Source: Octopus sinensis (lineage: Eukaryota). From it: DNA of 64,000 nucleotides. How positions within the stretch are numbered: position 1 is the first letter of the stretch; each line of letters opens with the position of its first letter. The translations under genes were made by a program, and so were the position numbers. This document shows positions 1 to 14,448 of this stretch, in pieces. Where the stretch lies: positions 62,001-126,000 of the forward strand of contig NW_021836131.1 in assembly GCF_006345805.1 (NCBI RefSeq), given 5' to 3'. A model generated the notes under the pieces. It was not told the DNA's origin and did no database searches. It worked only from the letters and a program-made list of their open reading frames with translations.

Positions 1-18
1 GTAAGAATAAAATAATTA

Positions 19-3000
19 CAGTGGGCCCAAAAAGTCATGGCACCACTTAATAAATTTTAGTATTTTACGTTTTTACCCATAAAATATGAAGTATTTTGAC
101 TTTTAATTATTTTTTTTGAAAAATTCAAAAGATTCTGATTTAGAAAATAATTTTAAATCCTTAAAATATTGATAATTGACAAAGAAAAAACAACTTTTTT
201 TAATTTTTAGCGTTATTGAAGAATCAAAAAGTGTTGGCACTTTTATATCTACAGTTTTAGTTTAAGTGCATATGATAAGAGAATGTCATTCTGTAAGATT
301 ATTTCTTTTAAGTTTTTCTTCACAAAAGCTTTGTTGTTACTTAATAACGCATTATCAATATTGATATTACGAAAACAGCCGTTTTTAGCACTACTTTATG
401 GAAATCGGAAGGAATATTCTTTTGAGCTAAAACAGATGATCGTCAAGTCCCACCAAAAAAAAGTTACAACCAGATTTCCAGACAATTCAATATTCCGAAA
501 AGTGTAGTAAGGAATATAATAGTCCGTTGGAAAGAACGAGGAAATGTTTGCAATAAATCGAGGTCTGGTGCACCTAAAAAGATATCGAGCCGTTCTCTTT
601 CAATGATAAAAAGGAGTGTGGCAAATGATCTCAGAATTATTAGAAGCAAGCTGGTAGATGATTTAGAGACCGTGAGAATCAAAGTTGGTTTATCTACGAT
701 AACTACAGTGGGCGCAAAAAAAATCCGGTTTTCTTATTTTTCGAATTTTTCAATATAAATTTTATATTATTTTTTTTTAATTTAGTATCATTTTGAAATG
801 TAAATCGAGTATGTTTTTAATTTTAAGTATTTTTTTATTTTTTCATAGAGATATCTTGAATTTAATTTTAAAATGCGCAAAAAAAACTCGGTTTTTTTAA
901 TTATTGAGTCTTTTATTCTCAAAAATTTGAAATTGTTGTCATTTTTGTTGTTGTTGGATGTCGTGTATTCAGAAATTGTGAAAGGACAAATTATTCAACT
1001 TTATTTCCTTAATTGGACATATAAACAAATTTCAGAAGAAGTAGAAATTCCCAGATCAACAGTGGGAGATTACATACGTAAATACAAAAAATATGGAACA
1101 AACAGAGACTGTCCGGTTCTGGAAGACCTAGGACATTAAATAATGATGATATAAATACTTTATTGACGCTTGTTTCTGACAATCCGAAAAAATCTTCCCG
1201 TTGCCTGTCAAAGGATCTTCATTCTTTGACAGGAAAAATCGTCTCAAAACGAACAATTGGGAATTATCTGAAACAAAAGGAATATATTCACGTGTGTGTC
1301 AAAAAAAACCGTATCTGTCTAAAATTAATATCGAAAAACGATATTCCTTGTCAAAAAAATTTATCGCACTGAATATGACGTCATGGAAATCAACTATTTT
1401 TAGTGATGAATGCTGTTTCGAAATTTTTAATCACAAAAAAAAGGAATTTTGTTATAGGAAAAACAACACACGTCTAGAAAAATCGCACTTATCTCCAACT
1501 GTTAAATTTGGAGGGGGAAAATAATGGTGTGGGGATGTTTCGGGTATTATGGAGTAGGCAATCTAGTATTTATAAATGGAACTATGAACTCAGCAACTTA
1601 TGTGAACATATTATCAAATAATCTGTGGGAGTCCGCTGCGAAAATGTGCTTGAATGAATTCATATTCCAACAAGACATGGCTCCTCCACACACATCAAAG
1701 ATCACGAAAGATTTCTTTGCCGAAAGAAGCGTCAAACTATTGGATTGGGCACCGCAATCGCCAGATTTAAATCCAATAGAACATCTTTGGGCATATATTA
1801 AAAGTAAATTGTACGAAAATCCTCCAAAAAATATGCATGAGCTGAAAGATAAAATTATCGAAATTTGGGAAAATATGCCGAAAGATCTAATACAGAAACT
1901 CATAAACAGCATGCCGAGAAGGGTGTACGATGTTTTATGGCTAAAGGACGGCATATTAAATATTAATTTGACATTTTTTAAAAAACCGGGTTTTTTTTGC
2001 GCATTGTAAATTTAAATTGGAAATATCTCTTGAAAAAAATAATGAAAATAATCAAAATAAAAAAATAAGAGTTACTTTTCACTAAAATTTAAGATTAAAA
2101 AAAAATATTATATCGCACAATATAAAAAAATAGAGAAATTAGAAAACCGGATTTTTTTTGCGCCCACTGTAGTACATTGCGCAAACAAGGAATTCATAAA
2201 AGGAGGGCACGACATATTCCTCTACTAAGAAAGTCTTATATCAGCGCGACTAAAATTCGCTCAGAATTTTTTAAATAAAGATTTAGAATATATAATGAAC
2301 ATATTATGGTCAGATGAAACCAAAATTGAACTTTTTGGCCTCAGGAAAAAAAATCAAGAATATGACAAAAATGTACCATACCCACAGTTAAGCACGGAGG
2401 AGGCAGCTTAGTGTTATGGGCGTGTTTTTCGTCTCAAGGAGTGGGTGAACTATTTTTCATAGATGGAATATTGAATGCCAAGATGTACGTCGAAATTTTG
2501 GAAAATTGTTTAGTTCCGTCCATCAATAAATTAAAGCTAAGAAGTAATTGGACGTTTCAACACGACAACAATCCCAAAATAAAGCTAAAATAACTACTGA
2601 ATGACTTAATAATAATGGAATAAATGTTCTGAAATGGCCTAGTCAATCTCCTGACTTAAACCCAATTGAAAATTTATGGAAAACGTTGAAAATAAAGGTA
2701 GGAAACCGAAGACCTAGAAATATAGTGGAGTTAAAAGCATTCTGCCGTGAGGAGTGGAATAAAATTTTAAAAGAAGAATGTTTTAAATTAATAAATACAT
2801 ACAAAAGAAGATTAGAAGCAGTAATTGTTGCAAAAGGGCATGCAAAAAATATTAATAAGGCATCGTGCCAACACTTATTGACCCTTAAATAACGCTAAAA
2901 ATTAAAAAAAAATGTTTTTTCTTTGTCAATTATCGCTAATTTTAAAGGTTTAAAATTATTTTCTAAATCAGAATCTTTTGAATTTTTCAAAAAAATAATT

Positions 3001-3055
3001 AAAAGTCCAAATACTTCATATTTTATGGGTAAAAAAGTAAAATACTAAAATTTAT
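19..3055 (+). mobile_element. Tc1-family transposon (IR/DR type), degenerate, right end truncated, interrupted by a nested Tc1
   Basis: TA+CAGTGGGCCC start. About 190 bp of inverted repeat (50-240 vs 2866-3055), with direct-repeat motif aaaaagtcatggcac/aaaaagtgttggcac. Transposase motifs WSDETKIELFG, TVKHGGGS, FQHDNNPK and WPSQSPDLNPIENLW are split by frameshifts. Confidence 0.92.
706..2169 (+). mobile_element. Nested Tc1 (DD34E) transposon, TA target duplication
   Basis: Perfect 29-bp TIRs (cagtgggcgcaaaaaaaatccggttttct), flanked by TA at 704-705 and 2170-2171. Empty site at 27049-27050 in copy 2. Motifs FSDEC, QQDMAPPH and SPDLNPIE, with 34 residues between the second D and E. Confidence 0.97.
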
Positions 3056-3059
3056 CGAA

Positions 3060-3420
3060 GTGCTGCATCAGTTACTGCAATTTATGAAATCACCAGAATG
3101 CTTGCAATGAATGGGATGTTGACTTCATCAAGCAATGTCTCGTGAAAACAGTCAAAATTATTTGTCCAGATAATTTGCATTTTCTAAAAAGATTTCTCCG
3201 ATATGTTTGTGAACAACTTTTTTCATTTGTGAAATCAACAAAAACAGTCCATAGAACGCGACCCAGAGATAAAAATTTATCGGCTTTAATTAAATTCGGG
3301 AATAAATGAATAATTGAGCTGACATATCAAAAATTTTATCGGAAAAAGGTATTAATCATCCGGAGGTAGCTCCAAACAAGATTAAAAGATCCTGATTACA
3401 TATTTAGATTTCCTTATTTT
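3060..3420 (+). mobile_element. Degenerate hAT (Buster/GTF2IRD2-like) transposase remnant; second copy at about 27940-28300
   Basis: Manual translation gives DFIKQCLVKTVKIICPDN, resembling the FIK.C...CP motif of Buster transposases. Many stops. Confidence 0.45.
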
Positions 3421-3560
3421 TGGTTTTTCTTTAAAATAATATTTCTCTGATAAAAAATCTTTTAAATTCCGAGGCCTACCGTAACAATATTATAAATGCG
3501 TTCCTCAAACGGAAATTATTTTAAAATGCGGCCTTGAAACAAAATTAGTTTGACACCGCT

Positions 3561-4025
3561 GTGATAGAATATATGGTGAGCCGCGCCCTGGCATCTGCGG
3601 GATTCCCTAATGTGCTGGAACCAGTCGGGTTGGGTCGCGGAGATGGAAAGCGCCCAGATGGCATGCCAACATTTCCCTTCGATCACGGGAAATGCCTCAT
3701 CTGGGACGCGACATGCTCCGACACATTCTCCCCGCATAACCTGATCTCTTCAGTTGCTGAGCCCGGCTCAGCGGCAAGACATGCGGAGGTCACAAAAAAC
3801 AAGAAAATACTCGTACCTGGCCAGAAACCACATTTTTTGCGCCAGTAGCCGTGGAGACATCCGGGGTCATCGGCCCAGAATCGCTTTCTTTCCTTCGTCG
3901 GCTGGGGTCGAAGATTGCCAGACGAAACAAGGATCCCAACGAGACTCGTCATCTTTTCCAAAGAGTCTCGTTGGCGATCGTCCGAGGGAACTGCCAGGCC
4001 ATCTTATGCGCCGGCAGTTCAAAAT
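3561..4025 (+). mobile_element. CRE-clade non-LTR retrotransposon, 3' fragment (restriction-like endonuclease)
   Basis: GC-rich patch. Motifs DGKRPDG, WDATCSDT, AE..K..KY, F.PVAVETSG and FQRVSLAIVRGN. Frameshifted here; continuous in copy 2. Confidence 0.85.
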
Positions 4026-4091
4026 AACTGCATTGTCTAATTATCATAAATTGATTCGTTTTTGTTTTCATTTTAGTAATTTGTTACAATT

Positions 4092-4296
4092 CCGTCCCAG
4101 ATCATAACGATAGGGACAATCTTTACTTTCTCCCGGTGGATCGCTCCCAGTTCATTTTCCAGCAAGTCGTATCTGTGGAACGTTTCCACTTCGATCTGCT
4201 TGAAACAATTTTGTGAAATGCCCCCAATTTCGATAAGTGTAATTGCGTTGCTCGATTTGTCATGAACAAATATGTCGGGCTATTATTCGGGATAGC
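4092..4296 (-). mobile_element. R4/NeSL-like REL-endonuclease fragment; second copy at 28973-29175
   Basis: Manual minus-strand translation NNSPDIFVHDK..ITLIEIGG..IEVETFHRYDLLENEL..IVPIVMIWDG is homologous to 43632-44150. Confidence 0.75.
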
Positions 4297-5672
4297 ATTG
4301 AATTTTCAGACAGTAAAAATTTAATAAATATGAAAATAGGCAAAAAATAAGGTTTTGTAGAAAAATCCAATAAGTATTAAAAGATTCTAGACTTTGGATA
4401 TATTTTTTTGTACTCAATGAATTCATTTTTTATTATTGAGTCATTTAATAGTAAAGAAGTTCAGTTATCTAATCGCTGAAGAATAATTCGTTGTGGAAAA
4501 AAATTAATTGATATTTTAACATTTTTTAATAAAAAATTGAAAAAACTTTAAAAATATTGAAATTCTGATTTTAATCAGGCAATTGCTAACAATCGGTTAA
4601 TTCTAGTAACCATCAAAGATAAGAGACATTCTCTTAGTCCTTCATTTATCTATAAATAAAATTATAAAAGTTTATAAACCGTCAAAATAAATATCCCAAA
4701 TTCATTATTATGATAAGCCGAAAAGTGTATTCTTGCAGCTCCTAGTTTACGGATCATCATAGAGTACCACAGACTAGTGTTGACATATAGTTTTGATGTG
4801 ACCGAATCATGACAAACTAAAAAATGAATATAAATAAAATACAAAATGTAGAATAAGAAGAAAAAGGTTCAATGTAATCAACAAGAAAAAAGTCTACATT
4901 TCCAAGTTTTTCATATTTATTAGATTCTTTAATATATTTCCATAAAATACCAGAACCCTGTAATGTTATAAAAAGTTAATACAGTTAGTACTATTTTTTC
5001 TTTTATTTCACGTCCCGGTGTAAGGCTATCCATATGTTAAAAAAATTTTTTTAATAACTCACCACGCGATTTATATTTAATAATTTATATTACTTTTTAA
5101 TTAATTATTTATGTTCAATAAACAATTTAATTACTGATTCTTTGAGTGAAAAATCGGCTGCACTTCAAATCCCTGTTCCCTTTTATCCCTCCTATTTGAT
5201 TATTTTCAAATAAGAATGTATAACTAATCTATCCCATCTCATGAAATAATTGATTAAAAATTATTTATATTAATTTTTAAATTTAGTTTTCAGACTAACA
5301 ATTGATAAAAGAATGGATTGAATTTCCTGAGTTAGATATTTCCCTTTGGATCAATTCTTTTTATTTCGAATTCCTGTTACTTTCAATTATCGTTTTAGCT
5401 AAACTTTTTCCTATCTATGCTTAGACCAAAGAAATATTAATTAATCCTCTCTGGCTGCTTTGGTTTTAACTGATTTGCTTTTCAATTATGAAAAAGTTTT
5501 TTATAGCGTATTCTGCACGTGTTTATCTTGATAACAATTACAAGTTACGTAAGGGTTCAAGTAAAAAGAACTAGCGTGTAGTTACTACAACATGCACCAT
5601 GTTTTGTTTATAAAATTCAAGAAGAGTGAATACTTCTATTTAAAAAATGGCAATTGCACTACTTTTCTGTAT

Positions 5673-6521
5673 TTATTTATTTATTTATTTATTTATTTAC
5701 CCCCGGCCCCTTCAATTGAAGGAAGCCGGTGCTAACAAGAACGTTAGGGCCAATGTCGGACGCTCCCAAAGATCCCCGATCGTGATCCGGTGTCCGAGGA
5801 AGTAGAAGGCGGGCCTGGACAGGAGAAAAGGTCGTTGAGGGAATAGGAAGGGGTTATTTCACCAAGACCGATTTTTATGCGATAATCGTGTAGGCCAGTA
5901 TGGTGGCCACAGCGGAGACGAGCCAAGTTCACTCGGGCTTCTCTTGAGAGGGAGGATTCGATCTTATTAATTGGCGGCGGAAGGCGTCCCAGAAGCTTGT
6001 TTATTCCAAGACATCTGATTGCCCTCGTAGCCACCAGGTCGTGAATTCCCTTCTGGTTAATGTCCGGAGGGGATCGTATAAGCTTGCGGACTTTGTCCGC
6101 GAGGGTCGGAACTATTCTCCTGTTGTTAGTGGAGTGCCAGAGGAAGTAGCCAGGGTGATTTAGGGTTCGGCATTTGTCAAGAAATTGCAGCCCGAGCATT
6201 TCAAAATGGTCACTGATTGGAAGGATTTTCGATTCCCAATGTAGGTGGTCGGTAGGTGTCGTTTTTAGACAGCCGGTAATAATTCGTAATGCTGAGTTTT
6301 GAGTTCTCTGAAGTTTTTCAAGGTTTGTATTAGATAAGCAGGAACCCCAAGCAGGGATGGCGTAGTTCATAGTTGTTCTAATAAACTGCTTGTATACAGT
6401 TGTTAGACTTTCCTTATCCTGCCCAAATGAAGTCCCCGCAATAGCTCGGAGCACATTGAGTTTTTTCTGGGATTTTCCACAGATATATGAAACATGTTTC
6501 GAGAAGGACAAACCTTTGTGC
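5673..6521 (-). mobile_element. 5'-truncated non-LTR retrotransposon (Jockey/I group), RT C-terminus
   Basis: ORF 5744-6553 has NYAIPAWG, LQRTQNSALRIITG and LARLRCGH. (TAAA)n 3' tail at 5673-5699. 12-bp TSD acttttctgtat at 5661-5672 and 6522-6533. Absent from copy 2 at about 31540. Confidence 0.93.
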
Positions 6522-7272
6522 ACTTTTCTGTATAAATAGAAATAAGAATTCACCTTTGTGCAAAAAGAAAGTTTGGTGTTTTATATTCAACGACAAAACT
6601 TAATTAATAAAAAACAATATAAATACCAAGATACACCCCATACTATATTTGAAGCGAAATATTACTCGAGTGACAACAGAAAAAGACATATTAAGAGCTA
6701 TTGTTCTGAATGTTAGTTATTATCAGATCTGTGTATGGGCTAATCAGATAACTAAAATCAGATTATTTGGAGAGGCTCGTGTTGCTTTTTTAAGAATTTA
6801 ATTTCGCCCTTTCTAAGGATAATAGAAAAGCAGTATTTTTCTAAGTGGCAGAAATATTATTTCTACAACAAGAGATTGAACTTTCAACGTACTGGGAGCT
6901 AATTAGATAACGAAAAATATTGTCAAATGTTGTATTATGTCTCGAATTTTCTATTGTATCAAAATGCTATTATCAGGATGTAAGCGGATTTTTATAATGC
7001 ATTGATTACTCTATTCGGAGAACTTTACAGTTGAAATTTCGACAATCTGATTTAGCATATTCCCTCTTTCATTTTTTTCCTTTGTTCTTTTTAGATATTT
7101 ATGGATTTGTCTTTTAAGTCTTTTCGTGCTTTTTTTAATTCAAAAACAAATTTCCCTATTATAGCAAAAGTGTTATGTAGTATACAAAGTTCTTTTCTTA
7201 GTTTACATATCCAAATAATTAAAAATTGAAAATGAATATAGTGAGTATCTAAATTGGGTCCTAAATAAATAG

Positions 7273-7345
7273 AGCCTTGTGCGGGACTCGAACCCACGAC
7301 CCTCGGGTTAAAAGCCCGATGCTCTACCGACTGAGCTAACAAGGC
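7273..7345 (-). tRNA. trnK-UUU: tRNA-Lys (anticodon TTT)
   Basis: Cloverleaf: acceptor GCCTTGT/ACAAGGC, D arm GCTC/GAGC, anticodon stem TCGGG/CCCGA with loop CTTTTAA, T loop TTCGAGT. Confidence 0.96.
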
Positions 7346-8005
7346 GTTTATAAAGATTTCTTCGATACTCGGTCTTGAGTTTTCGACATTCAAACTGGGT
7401 TCAATTCGCTTATGCTACAATTTTTTAGATACACAATACAATTCTGCATAGGTAAGCCTAATTTCCAGTTCAAGGGTTTTTTCGTAGATGGTCACACAAA
7501 ATATTGCAACGCCTGAGACGTCAAATAAGTTTCCACTTTGTCGAGAGAAATTGAATAATCAAGATCCTTCATTACTCCAGAGTGCACTTGAAAATAAACA
7601 TTAAAAAAAATATTTGTCAAGCACAAATTACGTACTGTTTTTACAAATTGGATTTCTGAATTTCATATTTTCATTCTAAAGTTTTGACATCAATATATTC
7701 ATTGTTAATAACAAATAATAATCCGATTTTTATCTTCAATATTTTCAAAAAACAGCATTTCCTTAATAAATAGAGAAATAAGTTCTTATAATAAAAATTT
7801 TTGAACACAATCATTAAAAGGGTAAATGATATTATTTTTTACGATTTTTAATAGTACAAGTAAAATAAATGGTTGTGTATATTTAACAGAAATACTAATC
7901 TGTAATAAATCTGATTAATAAATCCTGTTGGATTACATTCTAAGTTCTAAATTTGGAAATCAATTCGTACAATATAAATAGTGATGAATTTTATGTCAAA
8001 TATAA

Positions 8006-9289
<1,284 letters not shown>

Positions 9290-10299
9290 TTCATGTCTTT
9301 CCTTTAATATTACTAATTGGACAGGCACTTTACTTTCTTTCTAATTAAATAAAAATTATCGATGAATTATTATTTGGTTTTAATCACAAAATGATAATAC
9401 AAGAACCGTAGCCTTGTAACTCATGGCAATTCATTGTATAACTCTTCAGACCAAATACACTTTATATAATTATGTTTTACCGATCTACGATCAAATAATA
9501 TCTCTAAATGATATTTCATGCAGAATTAAAATATGATTAATTTTTTAAGTAGAAAATATATTCTTAACCTTAAAAAAAGACGACAATAAAGTAGATATCA
9601 AAATTTTGCGCAAACTTACTTCTTAATACGTTCCAAGTCATTACTATCAATTCCTAGCTCACCTCTTATGTTATTGTATGAAAATAAAGAAAATGATGAA
9701 TGCTGTTTTTTTATTAGTATTTAACTATTTTTCATTGAATCTCCTTTTTTAATCATTGAATGACACTAAGTATATATATCGAGCATATTATAAATAATCT
9801 CTTAAACAGGAAAAACAATGATAACTTAATGTAACTAAAGTTGATCAGAACAATAGGTAATCATTTAATATTCATTTGTCCCTATCATTTCATCATATCA
9901 GAAAATTTTATACTATTGAAATGTACGCTATGATCCATTAATTAGCGATATTATGTTACTTTCCGGATTGACCAAATAAACAAATTTGGGCACATAAGAA
10001 AGTACAACTAAATACAAAACACATGTGATTTTTTATCTATCATTTTTAGTAATAAAATATATTTTAAATATCGCAATATAAATAAACTATATTCAAAAAT
10101 TAACTACATAATATTCGTGACTACAAAGTTAAATCAGCCAAGAATCATGTTATTTACTTGTGATAGATCAAAATTTATAATAGGGTCAAATCTCTATTGC
10201 TCGACAAATTCCAAATTTCGTCACTATTTTTTAGTATTAAAAAGACCTGACGTTTAATAAAAAAACGTATAATAGCATACATCGATGATAATAAACATA

Positions 10300-10930
10300 T
10301 GACAATCGAACACATAGCCTCTGTTTTTTCTTCAATCTTGAGAAAAACAATTTCACGAAGATCAATTAATGATCTCAGGCTTGATAAAGAAAAATACTTG
10401 ATAGTGATCCTCCTTTCTCAAGCAAAAAACGCCTATTCAATCTAACATATTCAACTATTGATAAAGAAGTTATGACATGGATGGAACACATCGAAATTCG
10501 TGGAGGATTCTTGGAAGACAATTCTATTTTTTTGAAAGCGCAAAAAGTCGCCGATTTACATGAAATTACTGATTTCAAGGCTAGCAATGGCTGGCTTTCT
10601 AAATTCAAAAACGGAATAATATTAAGTTAAGAATTTTTCATGGAAAGTCTTATATGAAAGTCTTAAACTTTAAGACGAAGCCAATTCTTTTATTTCAGTA
10701 ATTTGCACAATATTACAAGAATTCTTGCTAAACAACCACAGGGAATCTCATTTAAAGCAAACTTTAACAAATTTAAATTTGAGGCGATGTTAGACAAAAT
10801 TGAGAATGGAACTGATCCTATCGATTCACATAAAAAGCTGAATTTAAAAGACGGCCTTCTGTTTACGCATTTTGGATAGAACAATGTTACTCAACAAACA
10901 ATTGCGAATTGTTTCAGGAATGGCAAATGG
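10300..10930 (+). mobile_element. pogo/Tigger-like transposase remnant; second copy at about 35330-36020
   Basis: Manual translation FKASNGWLSKFK (CENP-B-type HTH) and NNVTQQTIANCF (DDE_1 C-terminus). Multiple stops. Confidence 0.65.
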
Positions 10931-13140
10931 ATTATTATTAATAGCACGTACACAGAACCAAAGAAATGTTGAATTAGCTAAGGTCCCGTTTGTGTCGCAC
11001 GTTCAGAAATCTTGTTCACCAGGCTTAAGCATATAGGGGTCTGCTTTGAGCATATACTCGTAGGTCTTCAAGTCGTCAGCACATCCAAGTTTTCTTTCAA
11101 TTCCGTTGAGATCCTTGTTTAGTGCAATAGGGAGAGTGACCCTGGGCCTTCCTCTGAACGGTGTTTTGTTGTTACTGTTAAAGTAATCATTCATTATCGT
11201 GTTTGCTGGTGTGTTTACGTCCATCCTAAGTACGTGTCCAAACAGCCTTCATCTATAATATCGACGCTTATTGGCACCGATCGTGTCATAGCGTATAATT
11301 TTCTGTTAGAAATCTTTTTTGGCCATCCTAAGCCCAGTAGATTGCGTAGTTGTTTTCTGTGAAACGTGTCCATTTTATGTAACTCTGCCTCTATGACACT
11401 CCAGGTACCCGAGTTGTACATAAGTACTAGTTTTATATATGAGTTGTACAGCTTTAGCTTGAGGTTTGTTTTTTGAAGTTTTTAATGATTCCATATCTTT
11501 TGCATTTTCTTGTACATTGCAGTGGCTAAAACTCTCCGGTACATCAATTTCCTTTTTTTCCTCCAATTTTCATCAATATATTTCGATTCCCTTGCGATTC
11601 TTAAGAGTTCAGTCTTTTCTTGATTAACGTGCAAACACCATCTCTCAAATTCGTCCGGAATTTTCTCCAAAACAACTGCAAGTTCATGATAATTTTCTGA
11701 CAAGGAGTCTATGTCGTCTGCATATATAATTTCTATCTGCATCGATCCTTCGCACTTTGTTCTGAGATCTCTCAGTGCTGCCTCCAGGTATACTATGAAT
11801 AGAACCGGAGATAGAGAGTCCCCAGAAGGTGTTCCAATTGTTGTCCCGAAAGATTTGATAACTTGTTTCCTTTCTTTATTCATTTAGGCACTGAGTCCCA
11901 AACCACTGCAGGAGGATTTTCCATAATTACGTTCATAATTTGTTTCTTAATTGCCATACAATAATTTTCGCTAGTCTTCTCACATAAACATAATTATTCC
12001 ACCGTAAAACGGTTTGTACTGATTTTTTTCGAACTCCATCTATTCCAAAGTACCTTTTCATTCTGAATCTTGAAACAAGCAGTTTATGATCACTATAAGT
12101 GATGGTGCCTCCATAACTGCGAAAGTCTTTTATTAATGCGCAAAGAGATCTTTTGCATAATATATAGTCTATTTAGTTTTATGTCTCGCTTTGTGTTCGA
12201 AAGCCGAATTACAAATGAAGTAATCGAACAAGTAGCAGAACTGTACAAGCGGCTCCCCTGTATTTCTTCTTCAGGCATGCCTGCCCATACAGGGTTCTCT
12301 CCAAGGACAATGACCCACTTTCGCATTCCAATCTCCACATATGAAAATCATAAAAGAGGCTTTGAGGTCAGAGATAGTTTCTGTCAGTGACATGTAAAAC
12401 AAATCAAGTTCGTCGGGGTTTGTGGAAACCTTTGCCATTTTAGGAGCGTAGACGTTAATTATGGATATAAAGGACTTATCCGACTTCCCACTTTTTATCT
12501 GAAGTACTGCTATTCTGTCATTGACCCTCCACACTCTGTGAACTCTCCTATCAAGACAACGATGTATAGCAAAGCCAAGTCCGTAGTGGTTACATTCGGA
12601 GTTTAGCAGTCTATACTCTCCGTAATTCTCCTCAGCTGCATCCCTCACTTTAGTCTCCTGTATGCTGCATATGGTGACCTTATATGATGTTAAATCATGT
12701 GTCAAATCCTCCCTTTTCTGCTCTTCTTTTAAACCTCGGACATTAAATGACGCTAAAGTAAACTCATTATTCGAAACGTGCGAAAAAGACATTTGTTTTA
12801 AGAACGATATCACCATTTCAACGAATATTAATTCAGTTACATTTCTTATTACTTTCCGGGTACATCTCACTTCCTATCGCCACTGACATTCTCTTCTTGC
12901 ACGCCTGTCTTCGTTGACCAGATCCACTAAACATCCTCCACTGCGTCTCGACCGCAATTACCGTACCAAGAATAATGCTAGTCAGTCCTCATTTATTATT
13001 AACTAATATTCAATCTATTTTATTGTTATTCCTGTTTTGTTCAGACTCCCCTTTTATAATCCCGTCCTTCTATGCAGAGGATCGACTCCACCAACCAACC
13101 TGGTTCTCTCCATAACAAAGTATGCTCTCTGGACACCAAG
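10931..13140 (-). mobile_element. RTE-clade non-LTR retrotransposon, internally deleted
   Basis: APE endonuclease motifs SFNVRGL, IQETK, INVYAP and GDWNAKVG. RT motifs GTPSGDSLSPVLF and YADD. RTE-type C-terminus FRGRPRVTLP. Short (TAA)n tail at about 10931. The 5' boundary is approximate. Confidence 0.9.
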
Positions 13141-13462
13141 TACTCTAATATTTACATAATGGAACGAGACCAAATATCAAAATTCTAATAAACAGCTGTT
13201 CCGTTTTCCAATGCCCTAAAAATTCACTAAAGCCGGAAATGTAGTCAACTGGCATAAAGAGGAGAGTGTTGACTGAAAAGAAGACTTGTTTGCTTCCAAG
13301 GAGACACACAATCCACGAACCCGATTAGTGGCAGTCACAAGGTGTGTCGGAATAAGGATAATTATTAATTATATTTGTGTAACTACAAACAAACATGTTG
13401 GGCGGTGTGCCCGGAATACAATAAAATACATTCTGAGCGAACATTGTCGGGTAGAGCAATCA

Positions 13463-14248
13463 ATGACGGAGATTTTACTCAACTTGGATGCGTGCAAGGA
13501 GGGGTTCGGGTTTGGGCTGATTGAGGACGAGGAAACAAAGAGTCAACGCATCTCGAACATCGTCCCTCAAAGTCCGGCGGAAATGTCAGGACTGCAGGAA
13601 GGGGACAAAATGCTGATGATTGATAAATATGACATCAACAAGTTGTCCTACAAAAAAGCCCTCTGCAAAATCAAAAAATCCAAAAAGAAGCTGCGCCTAA
13701 AAATATTGCGAAGAGAAGGTCGAGGAGTGCCCGAGGGACAGAGTGAGGGGACATCCGAGGAAGTAGTAGTGCAACAATGTAAGGAGGGATTAGAACGAGT
13801 GCCTGAGGGTGTTCCCGAGGGAGTGCTAGAGAGAGTGCCCGAATCAGAGTGTTTACAGACTGATGATGGAATAGTGAAGGAGTGTGCACTGGTGAGTGAA
13901 GAAATAATAGTGGAAGGAGCGTATTCAGCCAGAGATTGCGAAGTGAGGGCGAAGGAGGGTTGCACTTTCGGGTTCACATTGGTGATGAACGAGGACAAGC
14001 ACCTCATCGCTAACGTCATTGCCAATTCTCCGGCGGCTGACGCGGGTGTGCGGGAGGGGGACATTGTGGTGCAGGTGAACGACGTGAATGTGGAGAAGAT
14101 GGACCACGAGGAGGTGGTCGAGCTGATAAAAGGGAGGGAAGGGAGTGTGAGTCTGCTGGTGGTGGACGAGTGTGCGTATCAGTACTTCTTTGACAGGAAA
14201 TTGACTATTTCGAGTGAGTGCGTCGAACATGTCACCAACTTTGGTTGA
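13463..14248 (+). CDS. Intronless two-PDZ-domain protein, NHERF/PDZK1-like
   Basis: PDZ1 GFGFGL..ISNIVPQSPAEMSGLQEGD; PDZ2 TFGFTL..VIANSPAADAGVREGDIVVQVNDVNVE..HEEVVELIK..VSLLVVD. First ATG at 13463; the track ORF starts at a non-ATG codon at 13286. Confidence 0.85.
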   Translation: MTEILLNLDACKEGFGFGLIEDEETKSQRISNIVPQSPAEMSGLQEGDKMLMIDKYDINKLSYKKALCKIKKSKKKLRLKILRREGRGVPEGQSEGTSEEVVVQQCKEGLERVPEGVPEGVLERVPESECLQTDDGIVKECALVSEEIIVEGAYSARDCEVRAKEGCTFGFTLVMNEDKHLIANVIANSPAADAGVREGDIVVQVNDVNVEKMDHEEVVELIKGREGSVSLLVVDECAYQYFFDRKLTISSECVEHVTNFG

Positions 14249-14448
14249 TTAACTGACTCACTCTCTAGTCCCCCTCGAGACACCCACTTCCCCCCCCCTC
14301 ACACCCCCTTCCTCCTCCACACCATTCCCGACGACATCATCCGACTCAGGGACCAAATCGAGGCGAGACAGGGCAGTCGTGAGGCGGGTGGGGGGAATAT
14401 TAAAAGTCTAGTCAAGACTATATCTCGGATGTAGTACTAACACTAATA

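Noticed and set aside
7091-7393. 100-aa minus-strand ORF
   Set aside because: It is a read-through of the tRNA-Lys gene and has a different length in copy 2.
13286-13462. N-terminal extension of the 320-aa PDZ ORF
   Set aside because: It starts at a TTG, has no domain similarity, and is frame-broken by indels in copy 2. ATG 13463 is the more plausible start.
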